A stretch of DNA of 64,000 nt from a virus (IMGVR_UViG_3300027969_002497:1034-65033), one strand, 5' to 3'; positions 7,196-17,297 are shown, numbered from the stretch's first letter. The notes: generated from the sequence alone by a model not told the origin. Numbers and translations are program-made.

Positions 7196-9685
7196 ATGAG
7201 CATCGATAAAGCAGTCAACCAAGCACCTATGGGTCTCGACAATTTGATGGATACAGAAGGGTCTGTCGAAATTGAAATCATTAACCCAGAAGGCCTCACC
7301 ATTGGAGTCGATGGCGTTGCAGTGGATCTGCTTCCAGAGCCAGAGGACGAAGGCTTTGATGACAACCTCGCAGAATACATGGACGAGGGCGAGCTAGAGA
7401 AAGTCGCAGGCGACCTGCTTGAGTTAGTGGACACTGACATTACCAGCCGCAAAGACTGGACCGACATGTATGTCAAAGGTCTAGATGTTTTGGGAATGAA
7501 ATATGAAGAACGTACCGAGCCATGGAACGGTGCATGCGGTGTGTTTTCCACCGTACTCACCGAAGCGGCAGTCAGGTTTCAAAGTGAGACTATTATTGAA
7601 ACTTTTCCAGCGCAAGGCCCCGTCAAAACGCAGATTATCGGTGCTATTGATAAACTTAAAGAAGAGGCTGCGGAGCGTGTCAAAGAAGACATGAACTATA
7701 AGCTCACGGAAGGTATGCCTGAGTACCGCCCTGAGCATGAGCGTATGTTGTACTCCTTGGGTCTGGCCGGAGCAGCTTTTAAGAAGGTTTACTACGACCC
7801 CTCACTGGGCCGGCAAGCTTCTATTTTCTTACCCGCAGAAGATGTAATTATTCCGTTTGGCGCTTCTAGTGCGATGACATCAGAGCGCGTGACTCACATC
7901 ATGCGTAAAACCAAAAACGACATCAAGAAGCTTCAAGTGTCAGGCTTCTATTTGGATGTTGAATTAGGTGATCCACTGAATTTCTACACCGACGTAGAAA
8001 AGAAAAAAGCAGAAGACCAAGGCTACACCGTCAATGATGATGGCCGCTACCAGATCCTTGAGATCCACGTGGACTATGACTTGCCCGGCTATGAGGACGA
8101 AGACGGTATCGCTCTGCCTTACGTCATCACCTTAGAGCGCGGCACAAGCAAGATTCTGGCAATCCGCAGAAACTGGCTGGAGGACGATGCAGCTCGGTTA
8201 AAGCGCCAGCACTTTGTACAGTACACCTACGTACCCGGATTTGGTGCTTATGGTCTAGGTTTGATTCACCTGATCGGTGGATACGCCCGCGCAGGCACAT
8301 CATTGATTCGCCAATTGGTGGACGCTGGAACATTGTCTAACTTGCCCGGAGGCCTGAAGACACGTGGCATGCGCATCAAGAGCGATGACACACCAATCCA
8401 GCCCGGTGAGTTCCGTGACGTAGACGTCCCAATGGGTTCCGTCAAAGACAACATCATGACGCTGCCGTACAAAGAGCCATCACAGGTTCTGGCAGGACTG
8501 TTAGATAGGATTACAGAGGAAGGTAGACGTCTAGGCTCCATCGCAGACATGAACATCAGCGATATGTCTGCCAACGCTCCGGTAGGCACAACACTAGCAT
8601 TGCTTGAGCGCCAGCTCAAAACAATGTCGGCTGTTCAGGCCCGTGTGCATTATTCAATGAAGCAGGAGTTTAAACTGCTCAAAGACATCATTCGTGATTA
8701 CACGCCCGGTGAGTATGAGTACGACCCCTCCTCAGGTGACGCACGAGCCAAGCAAGCAGACTACGACATGGTGGATGTTATCCCAGTGTCTGATCCAAAC
8801 TCTGCAACGATGGCCCAGCGGATCATGCAGTACCAAGCTGTTATTCAGTTGGCCCAAGGTGCCCCACAGATCTATGACCTGCCCCAGTTGCACCGCCAGA
8901 TGATTGAAGTGCTAGGCATTAAAAACGCCGACAAGCTTGTACCAATCGAAGACGATCAAACCCCCCGCGATCCTATTTCGGAAAACATGGCATTCCTCAC
9001 AGGAAAGCCAACCAAAGCGTTTATTTTCCAAGACCACGACGCACACATTGCAGTCCACACATCCATGATGCAGGACCCAATGGTGATGGGCCAGATGGGT
9101 CAAAACCCCATGGCCCAACAAATGCAAGCGGCCATGATGGCTCACGTTGCCGAGCACATTGCATTCCAGTACCGCTCTAAGATTGAACAACAGCTCGGAG
9201 CTACATTGCCTGCACCAAACGCCAACCTCAGCGAGCAGGTGGAAGTTCAGTTGTCCAAGCTGGTGGCTCAGGCTGCGGCTCAGTTGTTACAGGTCAACAA
9301 GTCTCAGGCCGCTCAGCAGCAAGCCCAACAGGCCCAGCAAGACCCAGTGGTCCAGATGCAGCAACAGGAATTGGCAATCAAGCAACAAGATGCCCAGACC
9401 AAAGCGCAGAAAGTACAAGGGGACTTGGCTATCAAGCAGGCAGAGCTTCAACTCAAAATGCAGCAAGCCCAAAACCAGCAAGGGGAAGACCCAGTGCTGG
9501 CCGCTCAACGTGTCCAGCAAGAGATCGCTCAGGCAGAGCAATTGCATCAGTCAGAGCTTGCCCGTAAGGAGCAACAACATGCTCAGAGCCTGACCCACAA
9601 CCAGCAAACACAAGATCTGTTGGCTAAACAAAAAATGTTGCAAATGTTACTAAACACAACACAACAACCTAAGAAGGAAGAGTGA
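7196..9685 (+). CDS. Portal protein (podovirus type, Q-rich C-terminal barrel)
   Basis: 829 aa after terL; FKKVYYD, GFGAYGLGLIH, long Q-rich coiled coil. Confidence 0.85.
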   Translation: MSIDKAVNQAPMGLDNLMDTEGSVEIEIINPEGLTIGVDGVAVDLLPEPEDEGFDDNLAEYMDEGELEKVAGDLLELVDTDITSRKDWTDMYVKGLDVLGMKYEERTEPWNGACGVFSTVLTEAAVRFQSETIIETFPAQGPVKTQIIGAIDKLKEEAAERVKEDMNYKLTEGMPEYRPEHERMLYSLGLAGAAFKKVYYDPSLGRQASIFLPAEDVIIPFGASSAMTSERVTHIMRKTKNDIKKLQVSGFYLDVELGDPLNFYTDVEKKKAEDQGYTVNDDGRYQILEIHVDYDLPGYEDEDGIALPYVITLERGTSKILAIRRNWLEDDAARLKRQHFVQYTYVPGFGAYGLGLIHLIGGYARAGTSLIRQLVDAGTLSNLPGGLKTRGMRIKSDDTPIQPGEFRDVDVPMGSVKDNIMTLPYKEPSQVLAGLLDRITEEGRRLGSIADMNISDMSANAPVGTTLALLERQLKTMSAVQARVHYSMKQEFKLLKDIIRDYTPGEYEYDPSSGDARAKQADYDMVDVIPVSDPNSATMAQRIMQYQAVIQLAQGAPQIYDLPQLHRQMIEVLGIKNADKLVPIEDDQTPRDPISENMAFLTGKPTKAFIFQDHDAHIAVHTSMMQDPMVMGQMGQNPMAQQMQAAMMAHVAEHIAFQYRSKIEQQLGATLPAPNANLSEQVEVQLSKLVAQAAAQLLQVNKSQAAQQQAQQAQQDPVVQMQQQELAIKQQDAQTKAQKVQGDLAIKQAELQLKMQQAQNQQGEDPVLAAQRVQQEIAQAEQLHQSELARKEQQHAQSLTHNQQTQDLLAKQKMLQMLLNTTQQPKKEE

Positions 9686-9882
9686 TGAAACTTCTGGACA
9701 TATTACATGCCAAGCTGGAGGACCAACTCCAGCCTTTGCGAAGAGCCGTTAGTGATGGTGGTGCGAAATCCTACGATCACTATAAGGAACTGTGCGGAAC
9801 AATCCGGGGTCTAGAAACCGCTCAGTTAGAAATCAAAGACCTCGTGCGTAAACTTAAGGAATCAGACGATGACCCAATTTGA
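9682..9882 (+). CDS. Hypothetical head-module protein
   Basis: 66 aa, YKELCGTIRGL motif, coupled to portal. Confidence 0.7.
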   Translation: MMKLLDILHAKLEDQLQPLRRAVSDGGAKSYDHYKELCGTIRGLETAQLEIKDLVRKLKESDDDPI

Positions 9883-10273
9883 TGTTAGTGCGGTTGATCT
9901 AAGTGGAGTGCTTAATACCTCCCCTGAAGAGAAAGCCAAACAAGTTCCAGACCCAGCAACGTATCACTTAATGTGTATGTTGCCCAAGGCCGAGGAAGAG
10001 TTTAGCGAGACCGGAATTTTAAAATCCGCGACCGCTATGTATCATGAAGAGCTACTCTCGCCAGTGCTTTTTGTAGCCAAAGTTGGCCCTGATGCGTTCA
10101 AGGACGAAAAGCGTTTCCCGTCAGGCCCAGCCTGTAAGGTTGGTGACTTTGTGTTAGTGCGTCCTAACACCGGAACCCGCATGAAGATTCATGGTACTGA
10201 GTGGAGACTCATTGCAGATGATTCGGTGCAGGCTGTTGTGCAAGACCCCCGTGGTATCCAACGACCATCATAA
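9869..10273 (+). CDS. GroES-like co-chaperonin
   Basis: ETGIL mobile-loop-like segment, VAKVGPDAF...CKVGDFVL...GTRMKIHGTEWRLIADDSVQAVV. Confidence 0.75.
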   Translation: MTQFDVSAVDLSGVLNTSPEEKAKQVPDPATYHLMCMLPKAEEEFSETGILKSATAMYHEELLSPVLFVAKVGPDAFKDEKRFPSGPACKVGDFVLVRPNTGTRMKIHGTEWRLIADDSVQAVVQDPRGIQRPS

Positions 10274-10283
10274 GGAGTAATTC

Positions 10284-11258
10284 ATGGCTGAAATTGAAAA
10301 AACAGAGTTTGAATTTCCCGATGAAGCGGAAATTAACCCCCGTAAGGGCGGAAAAATGGTGGAACCAGAGCCTGAAATTGAGCTGGAATCCAATGAAAAG
10401 CCGGAAATTGAGGTCGTCAGCGATGTTCCTGAAGAGGATCGTGGCCGGCAACCACTAGGTTTTGACCCAGCAGACCCCACCGACGAGGAGCTGGCTGGCT
10501 ATACAGAGAGCGCCAGAAACCGTTTAAAGCTGTTTACCAAAGGCTTTCACGACCAACGCAGAGCAAAAGAGGCTGCAGAACGTGAGCGTGAGGAAGCTTT
10601 AAGGATCGCCCAAGCAGTCGCAGAGGAAAACAAGCGTTTAAAGGGCTCTTTGAGCCAAGGCCAGAACGCTCTTTTAGAGCAGGCAAAACGCACTGTTACC
10701 AGTGAGATTGAAGACGCAAAACGGATGTACCGGGAAGCTTACGAAGCCGGCGATACAGACAAGTTGGTGGAAGCGCAGGAAGCACTCACTACCGCTAAGA
10801 TCCGCGCCGATAAAGTAAACAATTTTCGGCCAGCCCCTTTACAGGAGGAAGAAACTCCTGTACAAATCACACCGCAACCTCAACAAGTTGCGCCAGTTGA
10901 CGAAAAACTACTTGCATGGCAAGACCGAAATCAGTGGTTTGGAAGCAACAAACGCATGACCTCATACGCTCTCGGGCTGCATGAGGAGCTTGTTGATAGC
11001 GGTATACGCGTAGGCAGTGATGAATATTACAAGCGTATTGACACCGACCTACGGGATAGATTTCCTGACCAATTTGGAGCCGGGGGATCCGTTGATGCAA
11101 AACCTCAACGTACCAAGTCCAATGTTGTTTCACCCGCAACTAGAAGTACTGCACCCAAGAAAATCGTACTGACAGAAACGCAAGTGAACTTAGCCAAACG
11201 GCTTGGCATCTCCTTGGAGAGCTATGCACGTGAGGTAGCGAAAGAAATGAGGAAATGA
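10284..11258 (+). CDS. Capsid scaffolding protein (putative)
   Basis: Acidic N-terminus, coiled coil, C-terminal AKRLGISLESYA; between portal and capsid. Confidence 0.7.
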   Translation: MAEIEKTEFEFPDEAEINPRKGGKMVEPEPEIELESNEKPEIEVVSDVPEEDRGRQPLGFDPADPTDEELAGYTESARNRLKLFTKGFHDQRRAKEAAEREREEALRIAQAVAEENKRLKGSLSQGQNALLEQAKRTVTSEIEDAKRMYREAYEAGDTDKLVEAQEALTTAKIRADKVNNFRPAPLQEEETPVQITPQPQQVAPVDEKLLAWQDRNQWFGSNKRMTSYALGLHEELVDSGIRVGSDEYYKRIDTDLRDRFPDQFGAGGSVDAKPQRTKSNVVSPATRSTAPKKIVLTETQVNLAKRLGISLESYAREVAKEMRK

Positions 11259-11713
11259 AAATGGAAAAATCTGCACGCCCTAGCCGAGCTCTTGAAACCC
11301 GCGAAGCAGCGGAACGTCCAAAACAATGGATGCCTCCACAGCTTTTGCCTGACCCCACTCCAGAGGAAGGTTACGCATACCGTTGGATTCGTATTGCAAC
11401 ACTAGGTAAGGACGACGCCACTAACATTTCCGGCAAGCTTCGCGAAGGCTGGGAACCCGTCAAGGCTTCTGACCATCCAGAGATTCGTTTGTTTGGCTCT
11501 TCCAATGGAAGGTTTCCAGACAGCGTTGAAGTGGGCGGTTTGCTGCTTTGCAAAACACCTGTGGAATTCACACAACAGCGTGATGCGTACTACCGACAGC
11601 AGTCGGAAGCACAAATGGCTGCGGTGGATAACACTTACATGCGCGAAAATGACCCAAGGATGCCTATGTTTAAAGAACGTAGATCTGAAGTCACTTTCGG
11701 AAAAGGTACTTAA
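11255..11713 (+). CDS. Conserved head-module protein
   Basis: YRWIR...EGWEPV...GGLLLCKTP; position before capsid genes. Confidence 0.7.
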   Translation: MKMEKSARPSRALETREAAERPKQWMPPQLLPDPTPEEGYAYRWIRIATLGKDDATNISGKLREGWEPVKASDHPEIRLFGSSNGRFPDSVEVGGLLLCKTPVEFTQQRDAYYRQQSEAQMAAVDNTYMRENDPRMPMFKERRSEVTFGKGT

Positions 11714-11731
11714 ATTTTTTGGAGTCTATAG

Positions 11732-12346
11732 ATGGCATACCCTACCATTGATAAGACGTATGGTTTCAAGCCTGTCAATCGCATTGACGGCCTACCTTAC
11801 GCCGGAGCGATCCGTCAAATCCCAATCGCGCCTGCCTACGCTACAGCAATCCTGAACGGTGATACCGTTAAGGTTGACACTAACGGCTACATCGTAGCTG
11901 CTAGTACAACTGATTCAGGTTCAATTGTTGGTGTGTTGGTTGGTTGTTCTTACATCAACTCGTTGAGCCAGCCTACGTTTTCACAAGCGTATCCCGCCGC
12001 TGTCTCAACTTCTACCAACATGGCTTTTGCCTTCGTTGTGGATGATCCTATGGCAGCCTTCAAGGTCTGCGCTACAGTGGCCGGTTCTACCGCTCCCACC
12101 GCTTATAGCCGTGCGATTGTTGGTTCTAACGTTGCTTTGGTTGCTAACGTTGGTTCTACTACCACTGGTGACTCGTATTATGGTATTGACGGTTCCTCCG
12201 CCAACACCACCAATACACTTCCCGTTCGTGTGATTGATGTTGTGGCTGATACCGCGACTGGCAACCCATCTGTGGCTGCTACGACTTATTACGAGTTCCT
12301 CGTTAAGTTCAACACGAACCAGTACAACAACACCACTGGTATTTAA
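11732..12346 (+). CDS. Capsid decoration/cement protein (putative)
   Basis: YGFKPV...VDDP; small-residue rich; directly upstream of MCP. Confidence 0.6.
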   Translation: MAYPTIDKTYGFKPVNRIDGLPYAGAIRQIPIAPAYATAILNGDTVKVDTNGYIVAASTTDSGSIVGVLVGCSYINSLSQPTFSQAYPAAVSTSTNMAFAFVVDDPMAAFKVCATVAGSTAPTAYSRAIVGSNVALVANVGSTTTGDSYYGIDGSSANTTNTLPVRVIDVVADTATGNPSVAATTYYEFLVKFNTNQYNNTTGI

Positions 12347-12359
12347 GGAGTAACTCACC

Positions 12360-13271
12360 ATGGCTATTTCACGCGCACAACTACTGAAAGAGTTGCTCCC
12401 CGGCCTGAACGCATTGTTTGGTCTGGAATACGCTAAATACGGCGAAGAGCACAAAGAAATCTACGAAACTGAATCTTCAGAGCGTAGTTTCGAAGAAGAA
12501 ACCAAGCTTTCTGGCTTCTCAGCTGCACCAGTCAAGAACGAGGGCTCTGCCATCGCTTATGACAATGCACAGGAAGCATGGACTGCACGTTACACCCACG
12601 AAACCATTGCGATGGGCTTCTCCATCACTGAGGAAGCCGTGGAAGATAACTTGTATGACAGCTTGTCTTCACGCTACACCAAGGCTTTGGCCCGTGGTAT
12701 GGCTTACACCAAGCAAGTCAAAGGTGCTTATGTGTTGAACAACGCCTTCACTGGCGGTCCAACATACGGCGACGGCGTGGTGCTTTGCTCTACCGCCCAC
12801 CCCTTGGTTTCTGGTGGCACTAACAGCAATCGTCCTACAACAGGCGCTGACTTGAATGAAACATCGTTGGAAAACGCTGTTATTCAGATCGCAGCTTGGA
12901 CAGACGAGCGCGGTTTGCTGATCGCTGCTAAGCCCAAGAAATTGGTTGTTCCTCCTTCATTGATGTTCGTTGCTACACGCTTGCTGGAAACAGAATTGCG
13001 TGTTGGTACAACCGACAATGACATCAACGCATTGAAGAACAACGGTTCAATTCCTGAAGGCTACACCGTAAACCACTTCTTGACAGACACCAACGCTTGG
13101 TTCCTGTTGACTGACGTGCCTAACGGTTTGAAGCACTTCGTGCGTACCCCCATGTCTACCGGAATGGACGGGGACTTTGACACAGGTAACGTTCGTTACA
13201 AAGCCCGTGAGCGTTACAGCTTCGGCGTGTCAGACCCATTGGGCATCTTCGGATCCCCCGGTTCGTCCTAA
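12360..13271 (+). CDS. Major capsid protein (HK97 fold, Mu gpT-like)
   Basis: MAISRAQLLKELLPGLNALFG...GDFDTGNVRYKARERYSFG; strong codon bias; followed by terminator. Confidence 0.9.
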   Translation: MAISRAQLLKELLPGLNALFGLEYAKYGEEHKEIYETESSERSFEEETKLSGFSAAPVKNEGSAIAYDNAQEAWTARYTHETIAMGFSITEEAVEDNLYDSLSSRYTKALARGMAYTKQVKGAYVLNNAFTGGPTYGDGVVLCSTAHPLVSGGTNSNRPTTGADLNETSLENAVIQIAAWTDERGLLIAAKPKKLVVPPSLMFVATRLLETELRVGTTDNDINALKNNGSIPEGYTVNHFLTDTNAWFLLTDVPNGLKHFVRTPMSTGMDGDFDTGNVRYKARERYSFGVSDPLGIFGSPGSS

Positions 13272-13293
13272 GCAACGTCTCTTAGGAGATGTT

Positions 13294-13322
13294 AAAAAAG
13301 GGGAGCTTCGGCTCCCTTTTTT
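13294..13322 (+). terminator. Rho-independent terminator after MCP
   Basis: AAAAAAGGGGAGC-TTCG-GCTCCCTTTTTT. Confidence 0.85.
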
Positions 13323-13323
13323 G

Positions 13324-13352
13324 TTGCATTGGTTTAAACGTAGTGGTATAAA
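13324..13352 (+). promoter_or_regulatory. sigma70-like promoter with GTTTAAAC in the spacer
   Basis: TTGCAT-17 bp-TATAAA with extended -10 TG. Confidence 0.55.
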
Positions 13353-13441
13353 CATATTAATCCGGGCTTTCCGGTGTATCAAACTGTCCCGGCAGACGAC
13401 ATACCGATTGATACACTTAACTTGTATGTAAGGAATACATC

Positions 13442-13966
13442 ATGGGATTCGCAACTCACCTCGGCCCTTGGCTCTTGGGCACTGTCCGTAACACAACCGG
13501 CACTACTGTTGGCACTATTGAAAACTGTGGCGCAACCATGGTTTCTCAAACATTTAAAAAGAACTACGCTGGTCAAGCCGCTTCTGCGACTGCTGACACC
13601 ATTTGCGTGTTGCCTGCTGGCGCTCAAATCCAGTTCATCCACATTGACACCATCACTGCGTTTACAGGCTCAACTGCCGCAAACGTGACTATTGGTGATG
13701 GCTCTACAGCCGCTTTGTACTGGGCTTCTACGGACATTACCGCTCAAGGCCGTGCCGCCGTTAGTAACGCCGCTACAAAGCTTGGCGCATGGTCTGGTGC
13801 AGCTACCACTGCTTCACCTAACGGCGCTGGTGTTGGTTCAACAGACGTAAAGATTGTTGCTACATTGACCCCAACTGTTGCCGCAGTGACCGCTGGTACT
13901 GTTCAGTACACAATCATCTACACTGTAGCCAACTCTGACGGCAATCAATTCCCAGCTTCTGCTTAA
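13442..13966 (+). CDS. Virion structural protein (putative)
   Basis: T/A/G-rich, LPAGAQI motif, post-MCP position. Confidence 0.7.
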   Translation: MGFATHLGPWLLGTVRNTTGTTVGTIENCGATMVSQTFKKNYAGQAASATADTICVLPAGAQIQFIHIDTITAFTGSTAANVTIGDGSTAALYWASTDITAQGRAAVSNAATKLGAWSGAATTASPNGAGVGSTDVKIVATLTPTVAAVTAGTVQYTIIYTVANSDGNQFPASA

Positions 13967-13974
13967 TTGATCTA

Positions 13975-13990
13975 GGGGGCTTCGGCCCCC
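13975..13990 (+). terminator. GC hairpin with UUCG loop (weak terminator or stabiliser)
   Basis: GGGGGC-TTCG-GCCCCC followed by ATTT. Confidence 0.5.
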
Positions 13991-14006
13991 ATTTACAAGG
14001 AGATTA

Positions 14007-14528
14007 ATGATGGCAATGCAATATGATGTAAAACAAGGTCACTTAAATCAGAGTGGTTTTTTTGTTCTTGGGCGAAACCGCGTTAAAGGTATTTCGTTTT
14101 TTGGTACTGGCGCAGATGGTACTGTAATATTATTTGATACGGCTTCTGTTCCAGTAACTTCTAGCGTTACTTACGCTCGCTCTGGTACAACCGTAACCGT
14201 AACTAAAGTTGCTCACGGCTTAATAACTGGCGATGTTGTTGGTATTCACTTTGACAGCAATACAAGTGTTTCGGCAACAGATGGAAATTACTCCATTACT
14301 AGAACTAGCGCGGATGCGTTTACGCTGACGGACATTAACACTGGAACCATTACTTCTACTGCGGCTTCGTATGTAAGTGGCGGTGGCCGTTGGTTGATGA
14401 CTTATGAAATAGATGCCACTGACACTTTTAGTAACGCACCATTTATTCCGGGTGAAGGCGTGTTGGCAACTCAAGGTATTTATGCGCTGATGACTAACAT
14501 TGATTCAACGCAAATTTATTATGGCTGA
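14007..14528 (+). CDS. Virion structural protein (putative)
   Basis: T/S-rich beta protein with TVTVTKVAHGLITGD motif. Confidence 0.65.
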   Translation: MMAMQYDVKQGHLNQSGFFVLGRNRVKGISFFGTGADGTVILFDTASVPVTSSVTYARSGTTVTVTKVAHGLITGDVVGIHFDSNTSVSATDGNYSITRTSADAFTLTDINTGTITSTAASYVSGGGRWLMTYEIDATDTFSNAPFIPGEGVLATQGIYALMTNIDSTQIYYG

Positions 14529-15255
14529 AACAAAACAGGCAACATTGATGGGGCGTAAGCTGTTCATAGGCATCCCAGCCTATGACGGCAAGCTAAACAT
14601 CAAGACTGCATTTGCACTGGCGCAGTTAATGCCCAAGGCGATGAGTCTTGGTGTGTCCATCACGTTGTCTGATTTGTCTAATTGTTCAATCATTACCATG
14701 GCCCGCAATGCCTTGGTACACGAATTCTTAAAAACAGACTGCACAGAGCTTCTGTTTATTGATGCAGATGTTATTGTTCAACCCGACGACATCTTGCGTT
14801 TGATGGCCCAAAGTGGTGGCATGGATATAACTGCTGGCGCTTACCCGCGTAGAGCCAAGGACGCTAAGTTCTTTGCTGACGTGTACTACGACGATAGCGG
14901 TGACTTAGAGTTCAAAGGCTCTTTGATGCGTTTAAAGCGTGCACCTACTGGCTTCATGCTGATCCAACGCCACGTCATTGAGCAGATGGTTTTTGCACAT
15001 CCAGAGTGGACTTACGAAAAGTCACCAACAGAGAAGATGTCGGCAGTGTTTGACTTTGCTATTGTGGACGGCAAGTATGTTGGTGAAGACTATTTGTTCT
15101 GCGATAGAGCTACGCAGATGGGCTTCACTGTCTACATTGATGTAGACATTAGCCTCCCCCACGTTGGGCAAGACACATTTGAGCGCAACTTTCGAGAGGA
15201 GGTTGTGATGCCGTTGCTTGAAAATATTCATCATTCAAAGCTAAAGGTAGCGTAA
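14521..15255 (+). CDS. GT-A fold glycosyltransferase-like protein
   Basis: IGIPAY, ARNALV, LLFIDAD (DxD), TGFMLI, GEDYLFC. Confidence 0.75.
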   Translation: MAETKQATLMGRKLFIGIPAYDGKLNIKTAFALAQLMPKAMSLGVSITLSDLSNCSIITMARNALVHEFLKTDCTELLFIDADVIVQPDDILRLMAQSGGMDITAGAYPRRAKDAKFFADVYYDDSGDLEFKGSLMRLKRAPTGFMLIQRHVIEQMVFAHPEWTYEKSPTEKMSAVFDFAIVDGKYVGEDYLFCDRATQMGFTVYIDVDISLPHVGQDTFERNFREEVVMPLLENIHHSKLKVA

Positions 15256-15515
15256 TGGCAACAAAGAAAAAAGGTCCGTCGTTAGCTATTGGTCGCGGTG
15301 AAAAATTACCAGCATCTAAAGGCGCTGGTTTAACCGCTAAGGGCCGAGCTAAATACAATGCCGCAACAGGCAGCAATTTAAAAGCTCCGCAACCTCAAGG
15401 CGGTGCAAGGAAAGATTCCTTTTGCGCCCGTATGTCAGGTATGCCCGGCCCAATGAAAGATGAAAAAGGCAGACCTACCCGTAAAGCAGCTTCCCTTGCG
15501 AGGTGGCAATGCTAG
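15255..15515 (+). CDS. Small basic protein
   Basis: GLTAKGRAKYN...RKDSFCARM...RWQC. Confidence 0.7.
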   Translation: MATKKKGPSLAIGRGEKLPASKGAGLTAKGRAKYNAATGSNLKAPQPQGGARKDSFCARMSGMPGPMKDEKGRPTRKAASLARWQC

Positions 15516-15748
15516 ATTTAAACACTGCGTGGTCAGCAATCCTTTCTTTGGTGATGGGGCTGCTTGGCTACATGATGAATGAAAAGTTCAGGGAGCTGGC
15601 TCGTATCACGATCCTGTTGAACAAAACACGCGAGGAGGTTGCCCGTGATAATGTTACTCAAGCAGAAGTGGATCGCATTACGAACCACATTGACCAGCGC
15701 TTCAACAAGCTTGAAGCAAAAATTGACCAACTTATTCAAAAAGGATAA
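15509..15748 (+). CDS. Small membrane/coiled-coil protein
   Basis: N-terminal hydrophobic helix, FNKLEAKIDQL. Confidence 0.65.
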   Translation: MLDLNTAWSAILSLVMGLLGYMMNEKFRELARITILLNKTREEVARDNVTQAEVDRITNHIDQRFNKLEAKIDQLIQKG

Positions 15749-15754
15749 TTGATC

Positions 15755-16165
15755 ATGGTTGCACCACTCATTGCAGCAGGGCTGAAATATGGCGCTGGTA
15801 GGCTGTTAGAAAATGTTGGCTTGCCGTCTGGGCTAACGAACCCTAAAGGTTATTTGATGGGCCAGCTACAGGGTGTAGTAGATAGAACAGCAGGCGTTGC
15901 TCCGGGCACAACAAGTTTAATCAGCGATCCAAAAAGCGCTCTTACAAACGCTGCCAAAAATTATGCCAAAGACTTGGCGGTAGACAGTTTTAAAAATCGT
16001 TCCGGAAACCAAGAAAACGCCATACAAGCTACACCATCTTCGGGTCGTGAAATGGACACTGCTGATTACGGTGGTGGCCTAAAGCGTGGTGGTAAAGTTA
16101 AATCTGCTTCACGTCGTGGTGATGGTATCGCCCAACGCGGCAAAACCAAAGGCAGGTATTTGTAA
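15755..16165 (+). CDS. Small protein with GG.V / DGIA..GKT motif
   Basis: C-terminus KRGGKVKSASRRGDGIAQRGKTKG. Confidence 0.7.
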   Translation: MVAPLIAAGLKYGAGRLLENVGLPSGLTNPKGYLMGQLQGVVDRTAGVAPGTTSLISDPKSALTNAAKNYAKDLAVDSFKNRSGNQENAIQATPSSGREMDTADYGGGLKRGGKVKSASRRGDGIAQRGKTKGRYL

Positions 16166-16506
16166 TGCCAAGTACAAGCAAAAAACAACACAATTTCATG
16201 GCAGCGGTGGCTCATAACCCAGCGTTTGCCAAGAAAGCAGGCGTCCCACAGTCCGTGGGCAAAGATTTTTCATCGGCTGACAAAGGCCGCAAATTTGCAA
16301 AAGGTGGCGACATGAAACACGAAGACGTAAAACTAGACAAAAAGATGATGCAAAAGGCTGTAAACAAACACGAAACCCGTTTGCATAAAGGCCAGCCAAT
16401 GACTAAACTTGCATCTGGTGGGTTTACACGCGCTGCCGATGGTATTGCTTCTAAAGGCAAAACCAAAGCCAAGCAAATTAAAATGAACTACGGCGGCAAG
16501 TGCTAA
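16165..16506 (+). CDS. Small basic protein with GG / DGIA..GKT motif
   Basis: KFAKGG...LASGGFTRAADGIASKGKTK. Confidence 0.75.
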   Translation: MPSTSKKQHNFMAAVAHNPAFAKKAGVPQSVGKDFSSADKGRKFAKGGDMKHEDVKLDKKMMQKAVNKHETRLHKGQPMTKLASGGFTRAADGIASKGKTKAKQIKMNYGGKC

Positions 16507-16517
16507 AGGGTTTAAAA

Positions 16518-17027
16518 ATGAAAAAACGTCAATTTAAATTTGATGAGGGCGGTGATGTGATGGAAGCAATTAATGCTTCTGAAGACGCTCAAAGCATTGC
16601 CCGCTCTATGGAAGCTGGCCCCAAAAATGAATCTTCTTCTAAAGCAGACAAGCCTAAGAATCGCGTAGTGTCTAAGAAAGAACTGGAAGACTCTGGTTTG
16701 ACATTACGTGAATTCTTAAATCGCGAGCGTGGCTTAAAGGCTCGTCGTGAGAAAGATCCTACTGCCGGTGACTCTCCTGACCGAGCAGCGCAAGAAGCAG
16801 CAGACGCAATCGATCCCGGTCGTGACATGAGAACTCCTCGTTACACACCGCCCGGCAGCGCCCCTAAGCAAACTACGCAAAAGCCTAAACCTAAAGTGTT
16901 TATGCCTGACCGCCCAGACAATAGCTACTCCGGCGCTAAGTTTAAATCAGGTGGTTCTGTCAGTTCTGCTTCACGTCGTGCCGATGGTATTGCTACCAAA
17001 GGCAAAACACGTTGCAAGGTTTGCTAA
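16518..17027 (+). CDS. Protein with GG.V / DGIA..GKT motif
   Basis: KFDEGGDV...FKSGGSVSSASRRADGIATKGKTR. Confidence 0.7.
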   Translation: MKKRQFKFDEGGDVMEAINASEDAQSIARSMEAGPKNESSSKADKPKNRVVSKKELEDSGLTLREFLNRERGLKARREKDPTAGDSPDRAAQEAADAIDPGRDMRTPRYTPPGSAPKQTTQKPKPKVFMPDRPDNSYSGAKFKSGGSVSSASRRADGIATKGKTRCKVC

Positions 17028-17036
17028 GGAAGCACC

Positions 17037-17297
17037 ATGAAAAAATACGCAGAAGGCGGCGTTTATACCGCTGAAATGGGCAAACCTCCAACAGATCCTG
17101 AGGGCGTTCCCGCGTCTAAACAGGCTCCTAAGAAAACTGCGCCCCCAAAGGACACAGTATTTCGTGAAGGCATGCCTGTGCCGCAAGATGTTGATGGTGC
17201 ATCTGCCCCCCGCAAAAAGAAAATGGCTTCTGGTGGCTACACAAAAGCCGCAGATGGCATAGCCCAGCGTGGTAAAACACGCGGAAAGATGTGCTAA
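17037..17297 (+). CDS. Small protein with GG / DGIA..GKT motif
   Basis: KYAEGGV...MASGGYTKAADGIAQRGKTRG. Confidence 0.75.
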   Translation: MKKYAEGGVYTAEMGKPPTDPEGVPASKQAPKKTAPPKDTVFREGMPVPQDVDGASAPRKKKMASGGYTKAADGIAQRGKTRGKMC

